Shown one piece after another: positions 51,052-60,033 of a stretch of DNA of 64,000 nucleotides; position 1 is the first letter of the stretch; every line of letters starts with the position of its first letter. The notes below the pieces were generated by a model that was not told the DNA's origin, made no database searches, and saw only the letters and a program-made list of their open reading frames with translations. The translations under genes were made by a program, and so were the position numbers. Source of the DNA: Candidatus Binatia bacterium (GTDB lineage Bacteria > Desulfobacterota > Binatia > Bin18); the NCBI GenBank assembly GCA_963666315.2, contig CAXXHG010000018.1:64001-128000 (forward strand), read 5' to 3'.

Positions 51052-52527
51052 TTAGGCAGCGCCATTTGCCAGCAACTTGCCGACCGCATCCTCGACCACT
51101 GTCCCTTTGAAAAAATCAGGATTTGTCCCCGTCCACAACGTCGTCGGATTGGTGAACACAAAGTCCCGAAAGTCATCTTCAGTAATTAGTCCATGTTCGA
51201 CCATTTCGTACGCTTCTTCCAAGACTTCTTCCATGTCGGGCACATCCCAGTGGCCGATGTCCGAGCTGAATATGGCCTTGAGCCGCGCACCAAACGGATT
51301 CATCTTGGCATTAAACGCGGTAGCATTAATCGGGTCGTCGGCTTCGCAGCCGAAATAAAAATTCCGGACAAACAAGTCCTTAATATCCTCGGCTTTTTCA
51401 ATTCCACAGCGCGCCCAGTCATCCAGCGCATTCGGATCTTCCCGTGTACCGCCCATCAAGCTTTTTCCACCGGCCAGGTGGTCGAGATGTTCTTCTGCCC
51501 ATTTACCGCCGTAGCGCTGGTACAGGTCGAGCAACTGTTCTTGGTTCAGATTGGCCGGATCGTAGTTGCCCATTTTTTTGATATTGCGCTTCTCCCAGTG
51601 ACCGATCATGTCCGCGTACAGATTGCACGCCCAGCCAACGCCGCTTTCTAAGAATCCAAACTTGAGCGTTGGGAATCGACGCGTCACTCCGCTCATAAAC
51701 ATAGCCTTACACAGCGCCTCGCCTGACGCGGCAAAATGCCCGATGTGGTTATACATATAGTTTGAGACCGAGGTCCGGCTGCCCCAGCCCATGGCCGGCG
51801 AATGGAACGTCGGCGCGATCTTGAGTTCTACACATTTTGCCCACACCGGGTCATAGTCATACGCGCTATCCAAGCAGAAGGTATCCAGCCAAAAGGCATG
51901 CTGGGCAACTTCCGGAGCCACGCGCTGTACGACGGGAATCGGCCGCTGCACATGACCGGCCATCATAACAACTTTGAGGCCGAGCTCGTTCACCACAAAC
52001 TCAAGCTCTTCAATTGCCTCTTGCGGCGTATGCATGGGAATAGCGGCAGCCGGAGTCATCTGGCTGGCATACTCCTTAAAATACTCGGCATGAAACGTGT
52101 TGAGCGCCCGACACGTTGCCCGGCGGAGTTCGTCACTGTCGATATGCGGGAAGAGTAAGCCCAGCGTAGGATACAGGACGGTGAAGTCCAAGCCGATGAC
52201 CTCCATGCGTTCGGACAAGAGCTGAGGCAAAATGGCGGTTGCGCGATCCAGCGTATTCTTTGTAGGCAAGGCCCACCACGGTGAACGCGTCACACGCTGA
52301 TCCAGGCGTTCTTCAGGCGACAGCGAATACCAGCGAAACATCCGTCCCCAGCCACCGGAGTTGCGCTCGGGTGAGAGGAAACGCTTGACCATAGACTTGC
52401 CCCCGACCCGTTCCAGATAGTCGAAGAAGCCAGGCTCAAACTCAATCATATGTCCGTCCGAATCAATCACAGGATGATCCAGCTTGGCGCGGACTTCAGC
52501 GGATTTTGATGGGTATGTTGCTGGCAT
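51052..52527 (-). CDS. Amidohydrolase_2 family protein
   Basis: GAAGGAG RBS, ATG 52527; VIDSDGH, LYPT, PTFH, YNHIGHFA, FLESGVGW, FSSDIGHWDV. Confidence 0.92.
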   Translation of the reverse strand: MPATYPSKSAEVRAKLDHPVIDSDGHMIEFEPGFFDYLERVGGKSMVKRFLSPERNSGGWGRMFRWYSLSPEERLDQRVTRSPWWALPTKNTLDRATAILPQLLSERMEVIGLDFTVLYPTLGLLFPHIDSDELRRATCRALNTFHAEYFKEYASQMTPAAAIPMHTPQEAIEELEFVVNELGLKVVMMAGHVQRPIPVVQRVAPEVAQHAFWLDTFCLDSAYDYDPVWAKCVELKIAPTFHSPAMGWGSRTSVSNYMYNHIGHFAASGEALCKAMFMSGVTRRFPTLKFGFLESGVGWACNLYADMIGHWEKRNIKKMGNYDPANLNQEQLLDLYQRYGGKWAEEHLDHLAGGKSLMGGTREDPNALDDWARCGIEKAEDIKDLFVRNFYFGCEADDPINATAFNAKMNPFGARLKAIFSSDIGHWDVPDMEEVLEEAYEMVEHGLITEDDFRDFVFTNPTTLWTGTNPDFFKGTVVEDAVGKLLANGAA

Positions 52528-52541
52528 GGGGTGCTCCTTCA

Positions 52542-52638
52542 CTGCCGCCATAGCACTTTGTTGGTGGGTAAAAAAGCCATCTTATCCCGTCTTCTGATTT
52601 ATCTATCGTAGGTCGGATTAGCGGAGCGTAATCCGACA
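52542..52638. repeat. Promoter-plus-REP module, copy 1
   Basis: Shares CTGCCGCCATAGCACTTTG, GGTAAAAAAG, CTTAT.CCG and ATCTATCGTAGGTCGG.TTAGCG.AGCGTAA with 57262-57349. Confidence 0.85.
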
Positions 52639-52686
52639 GAGAATTGGGCGAGCAACCTCGCCCCTCCACCCTCGTTGTCATTATCC

Positions 52687-52782
52687 TCACCACAACGGCT
52701 CGGACGCTAAACACGCGCCCTCGGACATTGCTCGCAGCTAGGCCCAGGCAATCTTAGGATCAGCCCAATTCAGACCGGCATC
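52687..52782 (-). pseudogene. 3' remnant of a cobalamin-independent methionine synthase II-like gene
   Basis: DAGLNWADPKIAWA*LRAMSEGACLASEPLW* resembles the MetE-like C-terminal motif (..DP.IAWAKL..M.EGA.LAS..LW); the Lys codon is replaced by TAG (52740-52738). Confidence 0.7.
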
Positions 52783-52828
52783 TATCAAACTCATAGGGGA
52801 TACGCACCAGACACGGGCAAACACCCAC

Positions 52829-53782
52829 TTACGCGACGCGGTGCAATAATGGCTCCCCAGCTCGTAAACGCCGGCAGTTCTCGAATGCAATCGCACAACT
52901 GCGTTCGAGTGTTTCAGGTGTGAGCCACGCAATGTGGGGTGTGACCACGACATTATCAAGTGTCAGCAGGGGGTTGTCCGTGTGAATGGGCTCGTCCGCG
53001 AACACATCCAGGCCGACCGCGCGGAGATGGCCTGACTGAAGGGCTGCGATCAGTGCGGGTTCGTCCACCAATCCACCCCGAGCGGTATTGATAAAAACAC
53101 TGCCCGGCTTCATGCGCGCAAAGGCAGCCGCATCCATCAGGCGCGTGGTTTCAGGCGTGAGCGGAACGTGGAGTGAGATAATATCTGAAACACGAAGCAG
53201 TTCGTCAAAGGAACACGGCTTCCCCACAACCTGCGGCTTGGCTCGGCGGGCTGTATAGACCACGGTGGCGCCACAGGCATGCAGAATGGGAGCAAGATGC
53301 GCAGCCACCGCGCCATAACCAGCAAGACCAACGACCCGACCGTTCAGTTCACCCAGCGTATCCAGCACAGCATGAACCTGCGGTTCGGCCTCCCAGCCCT
53401 TTTTCTGTCGCGTTGTCGTATCCCAAAAGGTAACCCGGCGCAGCGTCGCAAGCATGAGCAGCAGGGTCAGTTCGGCCACTGCCGGTGTGTTGGTTCCCGG
53501 CATATTGGCAACGGCAATGCCGCGCTGCCGGGCAGCGTCTAGGTCGATCGTATTCACCCCAACTCCAATCTTGTGTATGAGCCGGAGCTGTGGGGCGGCC
53601 GCTATCACCGCAGCCGTAACTGGCTCCAGCACGTGCAAGAGGACGTGAGCGTCTTGCATGGCCTCAGTAAAGGTCGCGGTATCGGCTTCATCCACAATGA
53701 CAATATCGAGCCAGGCGGGCGCGTGCTGTTCCAACTGACGCTGGAAACCAGGACTCGCTCGGTATTGGAGGACGGCCTTCAT
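52829..53782 (-). CDS. D-isomer-specific 2-hydroxyacid dehydrogenase
   Basis: GVGVNTID, ANMPG.N..AVAE, GYGAVA, SLHVPLT.ET, NTARGGLVDE, GLDVF..EP, TPHIAW. Confidence 0.93.
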   Translation of the reverse strand: MKAVLQYRASPGFQRQLEQHAPAWLDIVIVDEADTATFTEAMQDAHVLLHVLEPVTAAVIAAAPQLRLIHKIGVGVNTIDLDAARQRGIAVANMPGTNTPAVAELTLLLMLATLRRVTFWDTTTRQKKGWEAEPQVHAVLDTLGELNGRVVGLAGYGAVAAHLAPILHACGATVVYTARRAKPQVVGKPCSFDELLRVSDIISLHVPLTPETTRLMDAAAFARMKPGSVFINTARGGLVDEPALIAALQSGHLRAVGLDVFADEPIHTDNPLLTLDNVVVTPHIAWLTPETLERSCAIAFENCRRLRAGEPLLHRVA

Positions 53783-53794
53783 CTCGTACTTGGG

Positions 53795-55108
53795 TTATAT
53801 CCGGGTCGGCAGGACGCTCCGACCGGCAAAGCGAGCCGCGTCTCCGAGCGCTTCTTCAATCCGAATGGTTTCGTTCCATTTGGCCGTGCGCTCAGAGCGG
53901 GTGATAGAGCCGACTTTGAGCTGTCCCGCGTCCCAACCGATGGCTAGATGCACAATGGTTAGGTCTTCGCTTTCACCCGACCGAGCAGACACAATCGTCC
54001 CCCACCCCGCCACTTTTGCAGCATCCAATGCGGCTTTGGTCTCAGTCATGGTGCCGGCTTGGTTGGGCTTAATGAGGGCGGCGTTACACGCGCCATGTCT
54101 CACTGCTTCAGCGATCCGGTCTGCATTGGTGACAAGATAATCGTCGCCAATAACCTGGATATTTTCTCCCACGGCTGCGGTGAACCGGGCCATACCTGTG
54201 TCGTCATCTTCGGCAACCGGATCCTCCATGGACACAATCGGGTAGCGGTCGATCCATTCCAGCAACATTTCGATCAAGCCGTCGCTATCCAGACGACGCT
54301 GTTCCAGTCCAAGGGTATACCCAGCGGCGGAACCAAATTCGGATGCAGCAATATCGAGCGAGATGCCAACCTGATCGCCTGGGATATAGCCGGCAGCCTC
54401 AATTGCCCGCACCAGCATTTCGAGCGCCTCTTCGTTTGAGTCGAAAACGGGCCACCAGCCACCCTCATCAGCCACCCCTGCCAGGCGGTCGCTTTTGGCC
54501 ATGAGTGAACCAGCCGCAGCATAGATCTCAGCAGTCATGAGTACGGCTTCATCAAAGCTGCGTGCGCCGAGTGCCATCACCATACAATCTTGGATATCAA
54601 TCCGACGGCCGGCATGCGCGCCGCCGCCAAAAATCTGGATCTCTGGCAAAGGCAGTCGAACCGGGTTGTCGCCGGCCAGCATGCGCCACACGGGCAGACC
54701 CGCAGCCTGGGCCGCCGCGTGGAGCACGGCCATAGACACGGCGATGGTCGCGTTGCCACCCAGACGCGCCTTGTTCGGGGTTCCATCCAGCGCAATCAAT
54801 GTTGCATCAACGCTCGCCTGCTGTGTCGCGTCCAGGCCATGCAGGCTGTCGGCAATCTCAGTTTGCACAGCCTGGACTGCACGCGATACACCAAACCTGC
54901 CGAGCCCGCCGAGCTCTGCTAACAGGCTGTCAGCCCTGTCTCCGTCACGCAGATCAATCGCTTCGTGACTCCCCCGCGAGGCACCGGCTGGCGCAATGGC
55001 GCGGCCGATCGCCCCGCCGGCCAGGGTCACCTCGGCCTCAACGGTTGGTCGGCCACGCGAGTCCCATACGCGACGGCCGGTGACATGGGTGATGCTTGTT
55101 GCGCTCAC
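53795..55108 (-). CDS. eno: Enolase paralog with active-site substitutions
   Basis: DSRGRPTVEAEV, DGTPNK, DEGG, DIAASEF, EDP, GDD, LIKPNQ; GTG start overlaps the kinase stop. SARS replaces SHRS and QDCM replaces QEFM. Confidence 0.85.
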   Translation of the reverse strand: MSATSITHVTGRRVWDSRGRPTVEAEVTLAGGAIGRAIAPAGASRGSHEAIDLRDGDRADSLLAELGGLGRFGVSRAVQAVQTEIADSLHGLDATQQASVDATLIALDGTPNKARLGGNATIAVSMAVLHAAAQAAGLPVWRMLAGDNPVRLPLPEIQIFGGGAHAGRRIDIQDCMVMALGARSFDEAVLMTAEIYAAAGSLMAKSDRLAGVADEGGWWPVFDSNEEALEMLVRAIEAAGYIPGDQVGISLDIAASEFGSAAGYTLGLEQRRLDSDGLIEMLLEWIDRYPIVSMEDPVAEDDDTGMARFTAAVGENIQVIGDDYLVTNADRIAEAVRHGACNAALIKPNQAGTMTETKAALDAAKVAGWGTIVSARSGESEDLTIVHLAIGWDAGQLKVGSITRSERTAKWNETIRIEEALGDAARFAGRSVLPTRI

Positions 55109-56133
55109 CGGGTTTCCTTTTGCCAAACGTGGAGTAGGTCGACCAAGGTCTCGACAGGCTGCTGGAGCAGGCTAATAGCAACGCGCCGGACCTGAGCCCG
55201 ATCTGCTTCTACACTCAGATATTCAACCGGGGACTTGCCATCAATACGACCCAAAAGCAGGCCGGGCAACAGATGCGCAACCCGCCGTTCGAACGCAGCC
55301 CAGGGCTCCCACCTGACGGCTTGAGCATAGGTCTGGGTAAAGACTTCGAAACACTGCATATACTGCTCGCTCCACTCAGGTCGCCACACGCATTTCAGCA
55401 GCAGATGATTCAGACAAAACGCCACGTCAAAGGCGGGGTCTCCATACCAAGCACATTCCGCATCGAGCAGCAGCGGCCCCTGGGGTCCAACCAGAATATT
55501 TTTGGGACTGACATCGCCGTGTACTAAGGCGCACTTTGTGGCCGCCGTTCTGTCTGCTAGCAGGCGCAGGCGATCGGCACACTCAGGATGCACCTGAGCG
55601 GTTGCCAACAAATAGGGTTCTATGCGTATGGAATAAAAGATATGGTCGGTCGCGAAACGGTTAGCAACATCGTCGTTATGAGCTGTCCCAGCATGAATCT
55701 GGACCAGACAGGCAGCCACGGCTTGTGCCGTCTCCGGGTGAATCACGCCGTCACGCAGTTGCTCTTTCCAGACTGGATAGGTGTGCGGATCGAGATAGGT
55801 CATCGCAAACAGACCCACTTGGGTATCGACCCCCACGAGAGAAGGAACGGCCTGGGGAACGATACCGGCGGCCACACGGATCCACTCGACTTCAAAACTG
55901 TTGCGCTCGACCGGAGCATACCAGGTTGCGGCCACACGGAGCTGAGGCAGTGCGCGTTTGAGACAGATGGACCCGGTCGCTACATCTACGCGGACGATAT
56001 CGGACGACACACCGCCGGTGAGCGGTGTGAGTCGTGGCCTCTCCCCTTCCTCTATCAGACCCATCCGGACTAAGGCTGCATAGAGTTCGTCTAGCTCATC
56101 TAGTTCGTTTGGGGATATGGTGCTGGCTCCCAT
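55105..56133 (-). CDS. APH-fold / methylthioribose-kinase-like phosphotransferase
   Basis: GGVSS loop, LKRAL, HGDVSPKNIL catalytic loop, LDAECAWYGDPAFD, RIDGKSPVEY. Confidence 0.88.
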   Translation of the reverse strand: MGASTISPNELDELDELYAALVRMGLIEEGERPRLTPLTGGVSSDIVRVDVATGSICLKRALPQLRVAATWYAPVERNSFEVEWIRVAAGIVPQAVPSLVGVDTQVGLFAMTYLDPHTYPVWKEQLRDGVIHPETAQAVAACLVQIHAGTAHNDDVANRFATDHIFYSIRIEPYLLATAQVHPECADRLRLLADRTAATKCALVHGDVSPKNILVGPQGPLLLDAECAWYGDPAFDVAFCLNHLLLKCVWRPEWSEQYMQCFEVFTQTYAQAVRWEPWAAFERRVAHLLPGLLLGRIDGKSPVEYLSVEADRAQVRRVAISLLQQPVETLVDLLHVWQKETR

Positions 56134-56146
56134 CGTCAGTAGAGCG

Positions 56147-57226
56147 CTAATAGGCTTTCATCACGTGCTCAGCAAAGTCTGCAAATACTTTCCGCGCAGA
56201 CGCCATGGGCGGCAGCAGCGTGATCTCTTGTAGACCGGCTTTTTCAGCTTGACGAATCTTGTCAATAATCTCAGCCGGCTCTCCCACCAGGCATGAACCC
56301 TGAATCGCCTCAGGGGTGATGAAGCGGCGCTCTTCCGGGACTAAGAATGTACAGTGGCCGTTATGCACTTGCAGATAACGCTTGTCTGGCGGCGTCTCCA
56401 TGGCATCTACATAGGCACAATACTCTTCCCAGACCGGCTTAAAATACTGGGGCACAACTTCTTCGCTCGGTGTTTTGCTATAGATCTCATAGACATAATG
56501 GAGAATGCACGACACCATCGAGCCACACTCGTCAATGACGCGATCTGAGTTCACGGCCTCCCCAGGCTGAAGCACGACCGAGGTGTTGAACGTCGCCATG
56601 CGAAAATCTCCACTCAGGCTACGTCCCGCCTTTTCAGCACCTTCACGTATCAAAGGCAGATGATAGCTCTCGACCCTGTCCGGTTGCTCGCCAAAAAAGA
56701 CCAAGCCGTCCCCAAACTCGCCAACGGCTTTGAGCGCCCGGGGTGCATTGGCCGCAACATAGATGGGAATGGCGTCATCAAGATTAATAAAACCCAGATC
56801 AAGATGCAGGAAACGGATGGTCCGCGTTTCCCCGTCTCGGGTATAATCGACTTCCTCTCCGTTCAGGAGCGTTTTGATAACACGCAAATATTCCCGAAAG
56901 TCTCGAATTTTCATCGGATCCATGCCCATGACCCGCATGGCAGTATGGCCGGTGCCAATGCCGAGAAAGACCCGTCCGGGGGCAATGCGGTTAATCGACG
57001 CAATGGAATGGGCGGTGACCGGCGCAATTCGAGTACCGGGGATGGCCACACCTGTCCCGAGCCGAATGCGCGACGTGTTGTGGGCGGCCAGGGCGAGTGT
57101 GGCATAACAGTCCGACCAGATCATCTGCGAGTCGGGTATCCAGGCGCGGTCATAGCCGAGGTCTTCGGCCTCTTTGATCAACTGCCAATCATCAATTTTG
57201 GTGGCAACACAGATACCAAATTCCAT
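56147..57226 (-). CDS. LLM-class (Mer-like) flavin/F420-dependent oxidoreductase
   Basis: AAAGGAG RBS; AEDLGYDRAW.PDSQ, TSRIRLGTGV, APGRVFLGIGTG, PIYVAA. Confidence 0.92.
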   Translation of the reverse strand: MEFGICVATKIDDWQLIKEAEDLGYDRAWIPDSQMIWSDCYATLALAAHNTSRIRLGTGVAIPGTRIAPVTAHSIASINRIAPGRVFLGIGTGHTAMRVMGMDPMKIRDFREYLRVIKTLLNGEEVDYTRDGETRTIRFLHLDLGFINLDDAIPIYVAANAPRALKAVGEFGDGLVFFGEQPDRVESYHLPLIREGAEKAGRSLSGDFRMATFNTSVVLQPGEAVNSDRVIDECGSMVSCILHYVYEIYSKTPSEEVVPQYFKPVWEEYCAYVDAMETPPDKRYLQVHNGHCTFLVPEERRFITPEAIQGSCLVGEPAEIIDKIRQAEKAGLQEITLLPPMASARKVFADFAEHVMKAY

Positions 57227-57261
57227 CTCATTCTCCTTTCACAGGTTCGGCGTTTACTACC

Positions 57262-57349
57262 CTGCCGCCATAGCACTTTGGCGATAGGTAAAAAAGGCTG
57301 CTTATTCCGGCATCTATCGTAGGTCGGGTTAGCGTAGCGTAACCCAACA
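57262..57349. repeat. Promoter-plus-REP module, copy 2
   Basis: Direct-repeat homolog of 52542-52638; REP GTAGGTCGGGTTAGCGTAGCGTAACCCAAC. Confidence 0.85.
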
Positions 57350-57514
57350 CTGAACGCTAACTCCGTGCGGAGAGTGCAGTTTTGTAAGGAAACCAGGGGA
57401 AACGAGCAGCAAGGAGGAGCGCGTTAATCTGATCCATTCTGCGCTTGGCACAAGATTCAGGCACCGGGACCTACCAACTCCAGCATCTGCCCGTTTGTCC
57501 GAGCGGCTTTAGTC

Positions 57515-57610
57515 GCCTAACGCTCCGCCTCAGCCACCGTGGCCCACCCCTATCCTTTCGGCTTCAGTCAGAGCCGCTAGCGCCACGCTGCCCAGGCTGG
57601 AGCGTCAAGC
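57515..57610. mobile_element. Degenerate attC-like integron recombination site
   Basis: GCCTAAC-GCTCC-GCCTCAGC-CACCGTGGC...GCCACG-CTGCCCAGGC-TGGAGC-GTCAAGC: an imperfect palindrome with one intact R box and one with a single mismatch; next to the intI remnant. Confidence 0.55.
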
Positions 57611-57677
57611 GCGTTTTCGCCTGTCCGATACCCATTTTGTTGGTGGTCTGAGAGTGCATGGTAATCCCGCCCACAGT

Positions 57678-57791
57678 CAGATCCGCTAGGCTGTATACCT
57701 CTTGTCCCCTCCGATTCAACAGGTGAGTAGTGACTATCGTCGTGCTCACGTCACGATGGCCGAATAATTCCTGAATGGCAAATCGGATTCC
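57678..57791 (-). pseudogene. intI: C-terminal remnant of an integron integrase (IntI)
   Basis: GIRFAIQELFGHRDVSTTIVTTHLLNRRGQEVYSLADL compared with the IntI pattern DIRTVQELLGH.DVSTTMIYTHVLN.G..GV.SP.D; catalytic Tyr lost. Confidence 0.75.
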
Positions 57792-57873
57792 CAAAGAGGT
57801 TGACTGCTTTTGCACTAGGCTGAACCGATAGTGAAAGGGTCAGGCGGAGAAAAGTGTGGATGTGCCGCAAGAA

Positions 57874-57912
57874 ACCCACCCCGGCGCTAAGCGCCACCCT
57901 CCAAGGAGGGGA
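57874..57912. repeat. REP-like palindromic element
   Basis: ACCCACCCCGGCGCTAAGCGCCACCCTCCAAGGAGGGGA, two short hairpins. Confidence 0.6.
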
Positions 57913-58068
57913 TAGTAAAATGGGCGGGTGATCAGCCTAGGGGAAATACGTAGAGAGTTACTCCCTGGAGCAAGAAGACGGCAGGCTGCACCGACCTTGA
58001 CGCCTCCCCCATCGGGCGCCTAATAAAAAACACCAGAAAGCAGGGGGCAAGGAGAAGGAGGAGGAGTC

Positions 58069-58965
58069 ATGGACTACGGTGTTGTGTTACCCCACCTCGG
58101 GGCGTTCGCGCGTGAGAATGTCGTTGAGCGCGTACGCATTGTCGCGCAACAGGCAGAGGCTCTGGGCTTCAATTCGCTGTGGGTAGGCGATCATCTGATT
58201 GTGCCAACCAAGCTCAACTCCAAATATCCCTACCACCCTGAAGGCCGCTTTCCCCTTGACCCGGCGGACAACTTCCTCGAACCGCTCACAGTGCTGAGCT
58301 ATGTGGCCGCCCAGACCACCACCATCCGGCTGGGCACCGGGGTGCTCATTATTCCGTACCGTAACCCAGTCGTCACGGCCAAGATGTTTGCCACCCTTGA
58401 TGTGTTGTCTGGGGGACGCACCATTGTCGGCGCAGGCGTGGGCTGGATGGAAGAAGAGTTCGAGATTTTACATGCCCCGTACCATGAACGTGGGGCGCAG
58501 ACGGACGAGTATCTCCAGGCTATGAAGATTCTGTGGACCGAACAGGAGCCACAGTTCGAGGGACGCTATGAAAAGTTTGCCGACATCAGATGTGAACCGA
58601 AGCCTGTGCAAAAGCCCCATCCACCGATTTGGATAGGCGGTCATAGCAAAGCAGCCCTACGCCGGACGGCAACACTAGCCGACGGCTGGTATGGACACGT
58701 GCTGTGGCGCAATCCAGATGCCCTGCCGCGTGAGATTCAGACCATCAGACAATTTGCAGAGCAGGCCGGTCGAGACCCCGACGCTCTGACCTATGCCGCA
58801 CTCGCCTACGAGCAAACGCCAGAAGACGTCCTCCGTGCCTTACCGCGTTATCAACAGGCCGGCCTTGATCATGTGGTATTGGCCTTCTTCATGTGGACAC
58901 AGCACTTTGACGACATGCTGAAACTTATGGAACGGTTTGCCAAAGAAGTCGGGCTTAGAAATTAG
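58069..58965 (+). CDS. LLM-class F420-dependent oxidoreductase (Rv2161c-like)
   Basis: GGAGGAG RBS; AEALGFNSLWVGDH, LEPLTVL, IRLGTGVL..PYRNP, LDVLSGGR, GVGWMEEEF, PKPVQKPHPPIWIGG. Confidence 0.93.
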   Translation: MDYGVVLPHLGAFARENVVERVRIVAQQAEALGFNSLWVGDHLIVPTKLNSKYPYHPEGRFPLDPADNFLEPLTVLSYVAAQTTTIRLGTGVLIIPYRNPVVTAKMFATLDVLSGGRTIVGAGVGWMEEEFEILHAPYHERGAQTDEYLQAMKILWTEQEPQFEGRYEKFADIRCEPKPVQKPHPPIWIGGHSKAALRRTATLADGWYGHVLWRNPDALPREIQTIRQFAEQAGRDPDALTYAALAYEQTPEDVLRALPRYQQAGLDHVVLAFFMWTQHFDDMLKLMERFAKEVGLRN

Positions 58966-59360
58966 AGGTCACGACGATTTGACTCTTGCGCTTGGCCCAC
59001 TTGCGCGAGCACCAATCGCATCGGAGAGAGTGTTCGGCTCAAAGGATTTACCATTAAGCCCACCGTCTCAAGAGTGACTGCTCCTAATAGTGGACCATCG
59101 TCGGCTTCTCCGAGCACGACTGGAGAAGTTGCACTGTATCCCTCAAGAGTAAAACGACACTCAGACACTCCCCGGGTGATAGTCGTTCCATCGGCAAGGG
59201 TAAATTCCACACTCCGTTGGGGCTTCAGTTTCAGGCTACGCCATAGATGAAGAGGAAGCACAGTGTAGACCGCCCCTGTGTCAACAAGGAAGCGAACATC
59301 TATGGAGCGACCTCGTCCGCTGGGTTTGGCTACCGTAGCACGGACATATGTGAGACCCAT
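58962..59360 (-). CDS. Clan AA (retropepsin-like) aspartic protease
   Basis: MGLTYV, FLVDTGA, LADG, PLLGAVTLE. Confidence 0.9.
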   Translation of the reverse strand: MGLTYVRATVAKPSGRGRSIDVRFLVDTGAVYTVLPLHLWRSLKLKPQRSVEFTLADGTTITRGVSECRFTLEGYSATSPVVLGEADDGPLLGAVTLETVGLMVNPLSRTLSPMRLVLAQVGQAQESNRRDL

Positions 59361-59400
59361 TCTCTTTTCTCCTCAGACACGATTTCCGCTCGGTTCATTC

Positions 59401-59955
59401 TTACTCGGAGTAGGCCTCAGGTCGCAAGACAGCAATGTAGGGCAGGTTGCGATAGTGCCCGGCAAAGTCGAGGCCATAGCCGACTACAAAGACATCTTCT
59501 ATGACAAAGCCGCGAAAGTCGGCTTCACTGTTCACAGCTCGCCGGGCGGGTTTGTCGAGCAGCACACAGGTTTTGACTTCGCTCGCGCCATGCTCGAACA
59601 GTGCTGCGCGGAGAAACTCCAAGGTCCGGCCCGTGTCGAGGATGTCATCAACCAGGAGAATACGGCGTCCCTGGATTTCTTTCTCAGCAGGAAAGTATTC
59701 AAGGCTGAGAGTTCCGGCCGCCGTCTCGTCTCGGTAGCTCGACACCGCGGCAAAGGTTAGTGCAAGCGGGAAGGACAGGCGCCGGATCAAGTCAGCCGTA
59801 AAAACACAGCCGCCTTTGAGCACGGAAACGACGGTGCATGCATCATCGCGGAAATATGCCCTGACTTCGCCTCCAATCCGGTCAACACCGGCTCGGATTT
59901 CTGCTTCCGTGAATAGGATGCGCTCAATATCTTTTTCCAATTCCGGCGTTCCCAT
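59401..59955 (-). CDS. hpt: Hypoxanthine phosphoribosyltransferase
   Basis: VLKGG..F.ADL, SSY, LLVDDILDTGRTL, LLDKP, FVVGYGLD...YRNLP. Confidence 0.95.
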   Translation of the reverse strand: MGTPELEKDIERILFTEAEIRAGVDRIGGEVRAYFRDDACTVVSVLKGGCVFTADLIRRLSFPLALTFAAVSSYRDETAAGTLSLEYFPAEKEIQGRRILLVDDILDTGRTLEFLRAALFEHGASEVKTCVLLDKPARRAVNSEADFRGFVIEDVFVVGYGLDFAGHYRNLPYIAVLRPEAYSE

Positions 59956-60033
59956 CCCTTTTTGACCCTATCTCCGATTGACTCGCCACCAAGAAGCTTT
60001 TAGCACAAGACAAGAGAGGAAAGGAGAATAGTA

